A stretch of DNA of 64,000 nucleotides from Christensenellaceae bacterium (GTDB lineage Bacteria > Bacillota > Clostridia > Christensenellales > Borkfalkiaceae): NCBI GenBank assembly GCA_045588105.1, contig JAZNDO010000108.1, forward strand, positions 15,881-79,880, given 5' to 3'. A program made the position numbers and the translations under genes. This document shows positions 35,301 to 44,379 of this stretch, piece after piece. The first letter of the stretch is position 1; each line of letters begins with the position of its first letter. A model generated the notes under the pieces. The model saw only the letters and a program-made list of their open reading frames with translations. It did not search any database and was not told the DNA's origin.

Positions 35301-36071
35301 TTATAGGGAAAACGATATATTCAACAGTAAGGTTATTCCGTACAGCACAACCAAATGTAATGGGTAGAATACGTAGAAGAAATATTTCATTTTATATTTA
35401 CCTCTCTCACCCGAATACATAAGAAGAAGCGGAATACTTAAGATTGCATATTCTTGAAGACTGAAAGCAGTATAGTGCAAATTAATAGCAATAATAACGA
35501 TAGCAACCGCCGCCATAAATACGCTTAAGGGAATACAGTCTATTTTCTGAAGAAATTTCTGATTTTCGTCCTTTGGGTCAGCGTGAAAAAGAGATACGAT
35601 AACGGGCATCATGCTTCCCCAAAAGCCGTAGTCTATATCAAGCACCTGATTAAGCGCGTAGGTACAGGCAATGCTCAAAGCAAAAATTGTAAAAGCAAGC
35701 GCACTCATTATCCAATTTTTAGCAAACAGCTGCTTTTTAAAATACTGAAGAGCGTATATCATTAAAATCGAAAGAGAAAAGGTAATAAAGATGCTCATCA
35801 TTAAGCTTTTCTCTGCAACGTAATATACAATCTGAAATATAACGCCCAAGATAAAAATGTTTCCAAAATAATTGAGCTTATTTTTCGTATACTTACACCC
35901 TTCCGCTATCATAAACGCGAAAATCGGATACGCCAATCTTCCGATTATACGCATTGGCATAAAGTAGTTGAAAAGCATTAAGCCCGCATGGTCAATCACC
36001 ATAAATACAGCGGCCAAAAGCTTTAAGGTGTTTCCGCTTAAAATTGCAAATTTGAAATTCTTTTTTTCCAT
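35301..36071 (-). CDS. TraX-family membrane protein.
   Basis: LKLLAAVFMVIDHAG near the N-terminus and multiple TM helices. 256 aa. Confidence 0.65.
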   Translation of the reverse strand: MEKKNFKFAILSGNTLKLLAAVFMVIDHAGLMLFNYFMPMRIIGRLAYPIFAFMIAEGCKYTKNKLNYFGNIFILGVIFQIVYYVAEKSLMMSIFITFSLSILMIYALQYFKKQLFAKNWIMSALAFTIFALSIACTYALNQVLDIDYGFWGSMMPVIVSLFHADPKDENQKFLQKIDCIPLSVFMAAVAIVIIAINLHYTAFSLQEYAILSIPLLLMYSGERGKYKMKYFFYVFYPLHLVVLYGITLLLNISFSL

Positions 36072-36163
36072 AACCGTGTAATAACCAACCTATACGGGCG
36101 TTTTTATTGCCCTTTACTAAATAATCACTCACCAAGCGAATTAGGCCCGGCGAGTGTTTTATA

Positions 36164-37384
36164 CTATAAAAGCTGCGGAAGCTCTTCGCCTTTTTCCATT
36201 GCCGACAGAATAGCCTCGCATAAAATCAAGCATCTCGGAAGATGGTAAGGTCCCTTCCAAATAGAGCCCTTTTGAGTGTGCGACACAGTGCCGTCGCGGT
36301 GAAGATATCCGTACCACTCGCCGTACTCCTTATCCGGGAAATGGGAGAAAATATAGTCGTGCAATCTATTATACCACTCCTCGTAAATAGGCTCGCCGGT
36401 TATATGAAGCGCAGTAAGAGTTGCTATCAAACACTCGTTGTGTACCCACCAAAGCTTCATATCATACTCCAATTGCTCGCAGGGACGGTTGTAAACGTCT
36501 ACGTAGTAGAACATTCCTCCGTGCTCCTCGTCCCAACCCCTTTCAAGTGACCATATAAGCATATTCAGTGCCTTTTGCAAAAGCTCTTTATCTTGAGTTA
36601 AGTTAGCGTAATTCATTAAAAACCAAGAGTTTTCAATGGTGTGACCGGGGTTTATCGTTCTTCCTGCCGGGTTATCCGATATACTGCCGTCTAAATTAAC
36701 AGACTCCAAAACGCACTTTAAGTCTTCCTTGTAGTGAAGATTTATCATATCCGAAATTACGTCCTTAATAACTCCGTCGTAATAGTCTTGTCTTGCAGGA
36801 TTTACCCTTCTCATCGTTTGCGCCGAGCTTACGAGCACCATTGGGTTTGCGTTTGAGTGAAGACTTCTAACCTCCGCGTTTTCCTTCGGCGTAATTTTAA
36901 ACGGGTCAACGCTTGCATCCTTATAAATGGAATACATAAGGTCGAAATATTTTTCGGCAAGCTCCAAATCCTCTTTTCTGCCTCTTAAAAGGTAATATTC
37001 GGCAAAGCCTACCACCAAAAAGCTTTCCGAGAAGAAATATCTGCGCTTTCTTATATCTCTGCCGTCCCTGGTAACGGTAAAAAACATTCTTCCGTCTTTA
37101 TCTATGCAATGCTTTCTTATAAATTCAGCGCCGCTGTCCGCAGCGCTCGCCCACTCGTCGCGCGCGCCGTAAACGTTGCAGAGCTTTGAAAACGTCCAAA
37201 GACATCTTCCTTGAAACCAAACGCTCTTGTCGTCGTTGTAAGACCTTCCGAATCTGTCAACGCTGGTTATAAAGCCGCCGTGCTCTTTGTCAATAAGGTC
37301 TGATTTAAGCCAGAAATCAACGACGTCGCGCATAAGATGATTGTGATAAAATTCCTTTAATTCTACAATTCTTTTTTTATCCAT
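36164..37384 (-). CDS. AGE-family epimerase/isomerase (N-acylglucosamine 2-epimerase / cellobiose-mannobiose 2-epimerase-like).
   Basis: 406 aa of alpha/alpha-toroid type, with EHGGF, WFQGRCLWTF, NPGHTIE, WVHNE and KGPYHLPR motifs spread as in AGE enzymes. Confidence 0.75.
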   Translation of the reverse strand: MDKKRIVELKEFYHNHLMRDVVDFWLKSDLIDKEHGGFITSVDRFGRSYNDDKSVWFQGRCLWTFSKLCNVYGARDEWASAADSGAEFIRKHCIDKDGRMFFTVTRDGRDIRKRRYFFSESFLVVGFAEYYLLRGRKEDLELAEKYFDLMYSIYKDASVDPFKITPKENAEVRSLHSNANPMVLVSSAQTMRRVNPARQDYYDGVIKDVISDMINLHYKEDLKCVLESVNLDGSISDNPAGRTINPGHTIENSWFLMNYANLTQDKELLQKALNMLIWSLERGWDEEHGGMFYYVDVYNRPCEQLEYDMKLWWVHNECLIATLTALHITGEPIYEEWYNRLHDYIFSHFPDKEYGEWYGYLHRDGTVSHTQKGSIWKGPYHLPRCLILCEAILSAMEKGEELPQLL

Positions 37385-37392
37385 ATTTTACC

Positions 37393-38310
37393 TCATTTAC
37401 CCCTTTTTTCATAGTAAGCGCGATACAACGCGTTTAAATTTCTTGCCGACTGATGCATTGACTGCGGGCTTAAAAAATGCGAAAACTCAAACGTTATATT
37501 TTTCGTCACGAAGGGCTCTGCAATTTCAAGCTTTTTGCGAAGCACGTCAAACGCAATCGGCGGAAGGTCGCTTCTCACGTCTCTTTCAAAGGTTTCGGTG
37601 TTTGACCAAAGCTCTATGCCGTGCCTGTCTGCAACCGGCTTCATCTCCGAGAGATATTCGGCGTAGTCGGTTAATAATACCGTTCCGTCCTGAAAGGCGC
37701 AAATATCTATATCCTTGCCGCAAACGCTCCAAATCCTATCCCACTCGTCTGCCATTTGCTTTGGCGAAAGCGGGTCGGGGAAAACTCCCTTTCCTAAAAA
37801 GAACGGACTTATTAAAACGAGCTTATCCGGTGTTTTCTGCTTGCAAAGCGAGGCTAAGCCGCCCATAGTCTGTTTAATGTTGAATACGTCGTTTGCAGTT
37901 TCGTGCGGTATATACCAGCCCTTGAACGAGGGTATATCACCATATCGAGAAAGAATTTCGTCTACGTAAAGCTTGTTGTTTTCTATCTCGCCGACGTAGT
38001 CGCCGTCGTTCCACGTAAGATTGGAAATATAAAGACCTATAAAGACCGACATATCCCTTTTGGTCGCTTCATTTAGTATAAGCCCCAAAAAGTCCTCGTT
38101 TTCCTTCTTTAAGGTAGGAAAGATTTTTGAGGGATATACGCTTTTTGAATAAAAAACTCCCCTCATAATTATCAGAGTGTCTATGCCGACTGCCTTCATA
38201 TTGTCAAGGTCTGCAATCCATTGCTCGTCAGACCAGTTTTGTGAGGGCATATCGTAAGTTATTTCGTCAATAAACGTGCCCGTAATAGGATAAATGCTTT
38301 TTTCTTTCAT
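37393..38310 (-). CDS. DUF4434-like TIM-barrel glycoside-hydrolase-like protein.
   Basis: ITGTFIDEITYDMPSQNWSDEQWIADLDNMKAVGIDTLIIM resembles the DUF4434 N-terminus. It is 8 nt from the downstream AGE gene. An extended -10 (TGCTATAAT) lies upstream at 38336-38344. Confidence 0.55.
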   Translation of the reverse strand: MKEKSIYPITGTFIDEITYDMPSQNWSDEQWIADLDNMKAVGIDTLIIMRGVFYSKSVYPSKIFPTLKKENEDFLGLILNEATKRDMSVFIGLYISNLTWNDGDYVGEIENNKLYVDEILSRYGDIPSFKGWYIPHETANDVFNIKQTMGGLASLCKQKTPDKLVLISPFFLGKGVFPDPLSPKQMADEWDRIWSVCGKDIDICAFQDGTVLLTDYAEYLSEMKPVADRHGIELWSNTETFERDVRSDLPPIAFDVLRKKLEIAEPFVTKNITFEFSHFLSPQSMHQSARNLNALYRAYYEKRGK

Positions 38311-38490
38311 AACGTGGCTCCTTTAAACCTAAGACATTATAGCACTCTTCAGCCTGTTTTTCAATGTCAAAAAACAAAAAACCTTGCGTTAGTAAAATAA
38401 TGCAAAATAACTTGTAAACAAAATGTTAATTTTGTTAAAGCATTTAACTAATTTATGCTCGGATAAACGGTATCCTACATGCACAACTGC

Positions 38491-40884
38491 CTAAACGGGC
38501 ATTTTATCGCGAATCAGCTTAGCGACTCCGTCCTTAACTACTATGGTTGCAACCTCTGCCCCCGTCAGCCTGTCGCAAATGCTTACGTCGCCTATCTTAA
38601 GCGAGAATTCCTCTTCGCTTAGCGAAGGATTGTACAGTCTTGCAATTATTTCGCCCTCGCCGTTTTTATGCATATTGACGAGAGTCGGGTTGCCCTTTAA
38701 CTCAACGCCCTTATAATCGGCGCTTTCATTGCCTACGGGGAACACGTTGACAGCGTACGGCTTTTGATTAAACTCCTCCGCCATACTCGTCACCTGACTG
38801 ACGTCGCCTTGATACAGTCTTAAATTAAACTCGTATCTGCCGCAGTCTATTCTCGTCAAATATCTGTCCTCGGGGTACAGCGGCTGATTCGGAATCGGAT
38901 GGAAGCAGTACCCTGCGCCCCTTAAAAGCGTTAGATACAGATATCCGTCTTGGTATTTGCCGGAGTAAATTCCGTCGTTTATTATTGAGAAAACTTTTCC
39001 GTCCTTTTCAATTCCAACCCACTTTTGGAAGGTTACCTCGCAAGAGGGCTTTTTCTCCCAAACGTATGGGCCGTCACCGACCAAATCTCCGCCCAAAAAC
39101 TCGCTTGGAACGGGTATTTTTACTCTTAAAAGCTTGTTCTTTTCGGCAAACTCCGCAATAATTTTGACGTCCGTAAAATCAAAGCCTTTATATTTTCTGA
39201 TTTGAGCCACGACGTTAGTATTATCCAATTTATACAAGCCCTCGTAGCCTGTGAAAAGGTCGCCGTCCTCAATTATTCTCTCAGAGCCGATTGGGCTTGT
39301 TAGCGCGCAGAAATCTTTTACCTCTTCATCGCTCATTTTAGTAAGCTCACGTGGATTTTTACCGACCGCCTTAAGCTCCTCCGCGCTCATTGCCCAAGGG
39401 TCTGCCGTGTCTTCATAAAGCTCGAAAATCGGCTTATAGCCTAACTTTTCACCTATATCGCACTCCTTAGCCTCAATGGCAGGAACTCTTTTATCCGCAG
39501 TCACCTTGATTTCAAACCTCGTTAAGCTAAGCGGCTCGAGCGTTGCCGTAAAGCACACCTTTTTACGCCAATCCAAGGTTAAGGTTGACTCCTCTTTAAC
39601 CTGCTGACTCGGTATTTCCTCGCCTCTTAGATACACGTGAGGATTGTATCTTATATCCAGATTCCAGTTTTGATTTTCTAAGCTGAATTCGACCTCAACG
39701 GGAGTCGTGACCTTATACGGCGCGTAGTTAAACACGAATATTGGAAATTCCTTTTCCTCTGCGCGCCTTTGGCTTGCAGCCATACGCAAAAACACCTTAG
39801 ACCTGTAATCTCTCAAGGTCTTTTCTGCAGACGATAAGGCGCAAAGCCCCTCTCTTTCGCCGTTTTCCGTACAAGTGCCCGGTAAAACGTCGTGAAAGGT
39901 TGCAAGCAGCATATTCTTTTCCGCTCCGCGCATTGCGCTTGAATCAACCTCAAAGCCGTTTAATGCTGCAGCGGCAAGCATTTTTTCTGTTGCGTAGAAC
40001 AAATTTTCCACGCGGCGATAGGCTTGCTTTATTCTCGCCATTGACGAATAGCATCCCGGCATACAGGTAACCAGCGAGCGGTTTACCTCGCCCGAAATTT
40101 TAATACCGTCGCTAAATAAATCCTCAGGCGTGCTATGTATAATAAGCGTATCGTCAATCTTTAAATTTGCGATATCCTTTAAATCTTTTCTCGACGGACC
40201 GCCGCCGTGATTACCTACGCCCCACAGCGAATAATTTACGTCCTCAAGCATAGTCGTTGAGGTTTTAGCCCCCTCTTGACCAAGCATGCTTATATGACCA
40301 CCCGTTGCCTCGTGATAAATTTTAGAAGCGGCGTCACCCAAAAGAGTACCGTAGGAAATATTGTTGGTAGCAATCACACAGCTGCCGTCGGGCGACGTCC
40401 ACCTGAAAAATCTGCCGGGATAATCAAACTGAAATCCGCTGCCCGGTCTGCAAGCAATATAGCCCTTATAGCCGTTTTTCGCAAGTATTTGAACTAAGCC
40501 CACGCTATGACCGAAAGCGTCGAAATTGAGAGCAACTGACGGCTCTACGCCGAATTTTCGCTTAAAATATTCCTTGCCTACGCTGATCTGTCTGACGAAG
40601 GTTTCGCCTGAGGGTAAATTGCAGTCGGGCTGAAGATACCACCCTCCGACAATTTTCCACTTACCCTTTTTGACTAAAACCTTTATTCTTTCAAAAAGGT
40701 CGGGCGCGCACTCCTCTATCGCCTCGTAAAGCATAGACTCGTTGTGACAAAAGACGTAATCAAACTCCTCGGCTAAATCAACTGCCGATTTAAAGGTTGC
40801 AATGGCGGACGATATTCCCTCGTCCCAAGTCCATTGCCAAATTGGGTCTACGTGCGCGTTGCAAATTAAGTGCAGCTTCTTCAT
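38491..40884 (-). CDS. Glycoside hydrolase family 38 alpha-mannosidase.
   Basis: LHLICNAHVDPIWQWTWDEG is the GH38 metal-binding N-terminus. NFDAFGHS and GVGNHGGGP are present. 797 aa. Confidence 0.8.
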   Translation of the reverse strand: MKKLHLICNAHVDPIWQWTWDEGISSAIATFKSAVDLAEEFDYVFCHNESMLYEAIEECAPDLFERIKVLVKKGKWKIVGGWYLQPDCNLPSGETFVRQISVGKEYFKRKFGVEPSVALNFDAFGHSVGLVQILAKNGYKGYIACRPGSGFQFDYPGRFFRWTSPDGSCVIATNNISYGTLLGDAASKIYHEATGGHISMLGQEGAKTSTTMLEDVNYSLWGVGNHGGGPSRKDLKDIANLKIDDTLIIHSTPEDLFSDGIKISGEVNRSLVTCMPGCYSSMARIKQAYRRVENLFYATEKMLAAAALNGFEVDSSAMRGAEKNMLLATFHDVLPGTCTENGEREGLCALSSAEKTLRDYRSKVFLRMAASQRRAEEKEFPIFVFNYAPYKVTTPVEVEFSLENQNWNLDIRYNPHVYLRGEEIPSQQVKEESTLTLDWRKKVCFTATLEPLSLTRFEIKVTADKRVPAIEAKECDIGEKLGYKPIFELYEDTADPWAMSAEELKAVGKNPRELTKMSDEEVKDFCALTSPIGSERIIEDGDLFTGYEGLYKLDNTNVVAQIRKYKGFDFTDVKIIAEFAEKNKLLRVKIPVPSEFLGGDLVGDGPYVWEKKPSCEVTFQKWVGIEKDGKVFSIINDGIYSGKYQDGYLYLTLLRGAGYCFHPIPNQPLYPEDRYLTRIDCGRYEFNLRLYQGDVSQVTSMAEEFNQKPYAVNVFPVGNESADYKGVELKGNPTLVNMHKNGEGEIIARLYNPSLSEEEFSLKIGDVSICDRLTGAEVATIVVKDGVAKLIRDKMPV

Positions 40885-40891
40885 AATTCAC

Positions 40892-41962
40892 CTATTTAAA
40901 CTCTTCTAAAATGTATTTAATATCTTCGTTTGCCGTGCAAGATTTATGCTCTTTTTTTAAAGAAAGCCTTTTCGCCTCTTGCAAAATATGCTCGTTATCA
41001 ACCTTTTCAGGCTCGCCTAAAAGCCTTAAAAGGTTCTTTCGATAAATTTTATCTCTAAGCTTCTCGTCAAGCATTATCCCCTTAAACTCACTGCCTAAGT
41101 ACAGGTGCTCCTTGTCGGTTTCTAACAGCTGACGGAGAAAACTCGGTCTGCGATTAAACGATATTTCCCACCTTTCATTCTTCGGAAAAGCGTAAAGGTC
41201 AGTTCCGTATAATATTCTGTCTTGATATTTTTGCCAAAACGGCAGCCACTTATCCCACGCCTTGCTCATATTTATAAGCTGCTCGCCACCCGGAGTGATA
41301 TCAAAAGCCGTGTTTGGAAAAGACAAAAACCTCTCAGCCTCCTCAATATTATAGCTGAAAAAACCGAAATGGGCTAAAATCAGCTTTAATTTAGGAAATT
41401 TTTGCATTAAGCTGAAAGCCTGATTGGTAATTTGCTGTTTTGTGGGATAACTGCCGTCGTATATTCTGCCCTGCGCTATCGCCTCGGGGCTTGCGCTTGC
41501 TATATTCCAATTCTCCTCGGGATTTGCAATATGCATAATGATAGGACGGCCGTTTTGCTCCATAAAGCCGTAAAATTTATCGTAAATTTCGCTGTCTAAC
41601 GGAATTTGACGGGCTTTGAGCAACGAAGGATAGCCCTCTAACATTTTGATGCCGTCGTAACCGACGCTGAAATACCTTTTTGCCTGCTTTAAAAAGCTGT
41701 CTGCAAGCTTACCTTCCTCACAATCGTATTCAAGTCCGGCAAAGGCGTAGGCGTTAGGAGAAAAAGACTTTTTAAGGCAAAGAGCCTTAAGGTTTTGCAT
41801 ATCGTCAAGCGACACGGACTCGCCGTGAAGCTTATACGGAATACTCAAAAAACAGTATTTTTCGGTATTCGTAGACTTAAATTCCTCTCTGAAGATTTCT
41901 ACCGTTTTCTCAAGGGGAATATCAAAGGTATAATGAATATGCAAATCGTAAACCTTTTCCAT
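40892..41962 (-). CDS. Amidohydrolase-family metal-dependent hydrolase.
   Basis: I moved the start to the ATG at 41962 (GGAG RBS). DLHIHY lies at the N-terminus, with ILAHFG and ILYGTD later. It is 7 nt upstream of GH38. Confidence 0.6.
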   Translation of the reverse strand: MEKVYDLHIHYTFDIPLEKTVEIFREEFKSTNTEKYCFLSIPYKLHGESVSLDDMQNLKALCLKKSFSPNAYAFAGLEYDCEEGKLADSFLKQAKRYFSVGYDGIKMLEGYPSLLKARQIPLDSEIYDKFYGFMEQNGRPIIMHIANPEENWNIASASPEAIAQGRIYDGSYPTKQQITNQAFSLMQKFPKLKLILAHFGFFSYNIEEAERFLSFPNTAFDITPGGEQLINMSKAWDKWLPFWQKYQDRILYGTDLYAFPKNERWEISFNRRPSFLRQLLETDKEHLYLGSEFKGIMLDEKLRDKIYRKNLLRLLGEPEKVDNEHILQEAKRLSLKKEHKSCTANEDIKYILEEFK

Positions 41963-41981
41963 AATTTTCTCCAATGGATAT

Positions 41982-42010
41982 ATTGTATTTTATTTTCTTT
42001 ACGTTGTCAA
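41982..42010 (-). promoter_or_regulatory. Sigma-A-type promoter of the amidohydrolase-GH38 operon.
   Basis: On the minus strand: TTGACA (42005-42010), a 17-nt spacer, then TACAAT (41982-41987). A second TTGACA lies 13 nt further upstream. Confidence 0.6.
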
Positions 42011-42033
42011 TAAAATTGTCAAAAATAATATAT

Positions 42034-42050
42034 TTTGACCTATGGTCAAA
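42034..42050. promoter_or_regulatory. Perfect operator-like palindrome TTTGACC-TAT-GGTCAAA.
   Basis: A 7-bp inverted repeat with a 3-bp spacer, 24 nt upstream of the predicted -35. Half-sites TTTGACCTA recur at 7132-7140 and 14525-14533. Confidence 0.45.
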
Positions 42051-42284
42051 GCGAAATTTTTTATTTAACAAACCCACAACGCCTCATTTTGCACTTTAAT
42101 ATACTATAAACAAAAATGCAACCTATCGGTGAGGAGAGTCTCCTCTTGTTTTTTGCAAAGCACTCTGACGTGCTCTATCTCTTTGCTTTGCAAAAAAGCT
42201 TCGGTCAGCGCTAAAAACGATTATTAATCGTTTTTCCTGCTACGCAGTCGCTTTTAGTTCAACTCTCCTCTTTAGCTACACAAC

Positions 42285-42314
42285 AAAAAAAGAGTAGGCG
42301 CAACGCCCACTCTT
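42285..42314 (-). terminator. Intrinsic terminator of ssrA.
   Basis: On the minus strand: AGAGTGGGCG-TTG-CGCCTACTCT followed by T7. The single imperfect position is a G-U pair only on the minus-strand RNA. Confidence 0.8.
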
Positions 42315-42320
42315 TTTTAG

Positions 42321-42677
42321 TGGTGGAGGTGAGGAGAGTTGAACTCCTGTCTTGCATAAAAATCGAAAAGCCTTCTACATACTTAGTTTGCTGTTAATCT
42401 TAAATAAAAACTGCCTGCAAACCGGCTATCTTTATCGCATATTGCTAAATTTCATTTACCTTGGCGCAATACGACCAAAATAAACGTTCTCCGCCTGAAA
42501 TTATGCCGAAATATAAGACGACGGAATTCCTATACCCGACATCGCTGAACTAATTACGCAGCGAAAGCAAAATTATTGTTATTTGCATTTAAATTTAGTT
42601 TGCCGTTATTACGCAGTCAGCGCCTGCGGTATGCTTATACTCTCCCCTTTCTATCCAGTCGAATCCGGTGCACCCCC
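42321..42677 (-). ncRNA. ssrA: tmRNA (transfer-messenger RNA).
   Basis: Found by eye. The 5' end is GGGGGTGCACCGGATTCGAC and the 3' end is GGAGTTCAACTCTCCTCACCTCCACCA. The acceptor stem has the G3-U70 alanine identity pair. The tag ORF GCA AAT AAC AAT AAT TTT GCT TTC GCT GCG TAA encodes ANNNNFAFAA (42554-42586). smpB and rnr are nearby. Confidence 0.9.
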
Positions 42678-42725
42678 GTTTAAACGGCAAAAATCCCTTT
42701 GCCGTTATTTTTGTCATTATAAATA

Positions 42726-43859
42726 TTATAATAAGTTTCCCGTTAAATATGCTTTTGCAATTTTAAACACGTCCGTATTGGCAAGTCTTAAGCCGTTAAG
42801 ATAGGTCGAATAGTCTTCAAAATTTATTGTTGCCCCGTATGCGTAAAGCCATACGTCCTTTGACGTGTGTCCGGTTGACGTCCACAAAAAGTTTTTAAAG
42901 CTTTCATCCTCTTTGCGGTCAAAAAGCTCACCGTAGCCAATGCCGTCAGCAACGTATAAACCGCCTGTTTCATGGTCTGCAGTTACTAATACCAGGGTGT
43001 CGTTTCGGTCTTTTGCCCAATTGACAACGTATTTTACCATATCGTCAAACGCAAGCAATTCGCGTAACATATAACTGATGTCGTTATTATGCCCACCGTG
43101 GTCAATATGCGCGCCCTCAGCCATAAGGAAGAAGCCGTCCTCGTCCTTTGCGAGATATTCCAACGCCTCGCTTACAAGACCGTCAAAGGCAACGCAATCG
43201 TCGTCTATTATCATAGAATCAAGCTCTGCCATTATCACGTACTGACCGATAATCTTTTCTGCGCTACTGTCCGATATATCCGCAGGTGAATCAACTGCAA
43301 CGTAGCCGTTCTCGTAAAACGGGTCTAACATAAACCTGTTTGCAGGTGAAAGTGGATACGAAGCAAATAAATTTACCTTACTTGAAATAGCCGCAGACTC
43401 TAAAAGCTCATCAAAATTGTTACGGCTTGCCGAGTGACCCGAAAAGCCCATTGGCGTTGCGCCGTAAAGCTCCTCCGTAGTAATTACGCCCGTTCTTTTA
43501 CCAAGACCGCTTGCTATATCAACCAAGGTTTCCATATCCTCGCCGTCAATATTTCTGCCAACAGTTCCGTTAGCCGTACGAGTACCGGTCGCAAGCGCGG
43601 TAGCGGCTGCCGCTGAGTCTGTCGTTTCGCCGTAATAAGATACCGTTTCAACCTTTACCGACTGCTTGATAGTTTGCATAAAGAGCTTTTCTTCCTTATA
43701 AAGCTCGCCTGCTCTTATCTGGTCGGGACCCATACCGTCACCAATAAGCAGGATGACGTTTTTAATTTTATTTTCGTCCTTTTCAGTGAGAAGATTGCAC
43801 GATACTAACGAGCAAAGCACCCCAACGGATAACGCTAATGAAACTATTTTTCTAAGCAT
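42726..43859 (-). CDS. Lipoprotein alkaline phosphatase (PhoA family).
   Basis: Lipobox LCSLVSC. Motifs LLIGDGMG, TDSAAAATALATG (active-site Ser region), DHGGHN and ADHETGG. Confidence 0.85.
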   Translation of the reverse strand: MLRKIVSLALSVGVLCSLVSCNLLTEKDENKIKNVILLIGDGMGPDQIRAGELYKEEKLFMQTIKQSVKVETVSYYGETTDSAAAATALATGTRTANGTVGRNIDGEDMETLVDIASGLGKRTGVITTEELYGATPMGFSGHSASRNNFDELLESAAISSKVNLFASYPLSPANRFMLDPFYENGYVAVDSPADISDSSAEKIIGQYVIMAELDSMIIDDDCVAFDGLVSEALEYLAKDEDGFFLMAEGAHIDHGGHNNDISYMLRELLAFDDMVKYVVNWAKDRNDTLVLVTADHETGGLYVADGIGYGELFDRKEDESFKNFLWTSTGHTSKDVWLYAYGATINFEDYSTYLNGLRLANTDVFKIAKAYLTGNLL

Positions 43860-43902
43860 AATTTTCTCCCCTATTGTTTAATAATCAACTTATTGGCTGA
43901 CT

Positions 43903-44370
43903 TTACTTGAAAATAAGAAGCTTTCTTCCAACGTAGTTCCAGACGAGAACGATACAGGTCATTGTAACCTTAGTAAACCACCATTTCCACTCGTGACCGA
44001 GAAAAGCCTCAAACCCCAAGAAGGAAAACGTTGGCAAAACGTTGGCGATAAGCATACCTGCTTCGGTTATGGCAAGACCAATTAAGCCCACTATTGCGAA
44101 GATTAAAAACGCCTTACTCGACTTTGCCTCTTCGACGTTTTCTACCTGCTTAAACACGAAGGTTATTGACAGTATCCAGTTTACCAAAAGCCCGACCAAA
44201 AAGCCCATAGCGGTCGAAACAATTACTGCAATCGTTTGACCCACGAGTGACGCAGGTAACAGCCATGTAAAGCATACGTACCAAGCGCCATAGTCGAATA
44301 TTGTTGCTATTCCGCCTACTAAGAGATAGCGAAAAATCTCCCAAAATAATTGTTTTTTAGACTGCTTCAT
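43903..44370 (-). CDS. GtrA-family membrane protein.
   Basis: 155 aa, four TM helices, RYLLVGGIATIFDYG N-terminal motif. Confidence 0.8.
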   Translation of the reverse strand: MKQSKKQLFWEIFRYLLVGGIATIFDYGAWYVCFTWLLPASLVGQTIAVIVSTAMGFLVGLLVNWILSITFVFKQVENVEEAKSSKAFLIFAIVGLIGLAITEAGMLIANVLPTFSFLGFEAFLGHEWKWWFTKVTMTCIVLVWNYVGRKLLIFK

Positions 44371-44379
44371 AATTCTCCT

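Noticed and set aside
42583-42804. 73-aa plus-strand ORF.
   Set aside because: It runs antisense across the 5' half of tmRNA and into the alkaline phosphatase terminator. It starts at TTG without an RBS, so it is not coding.
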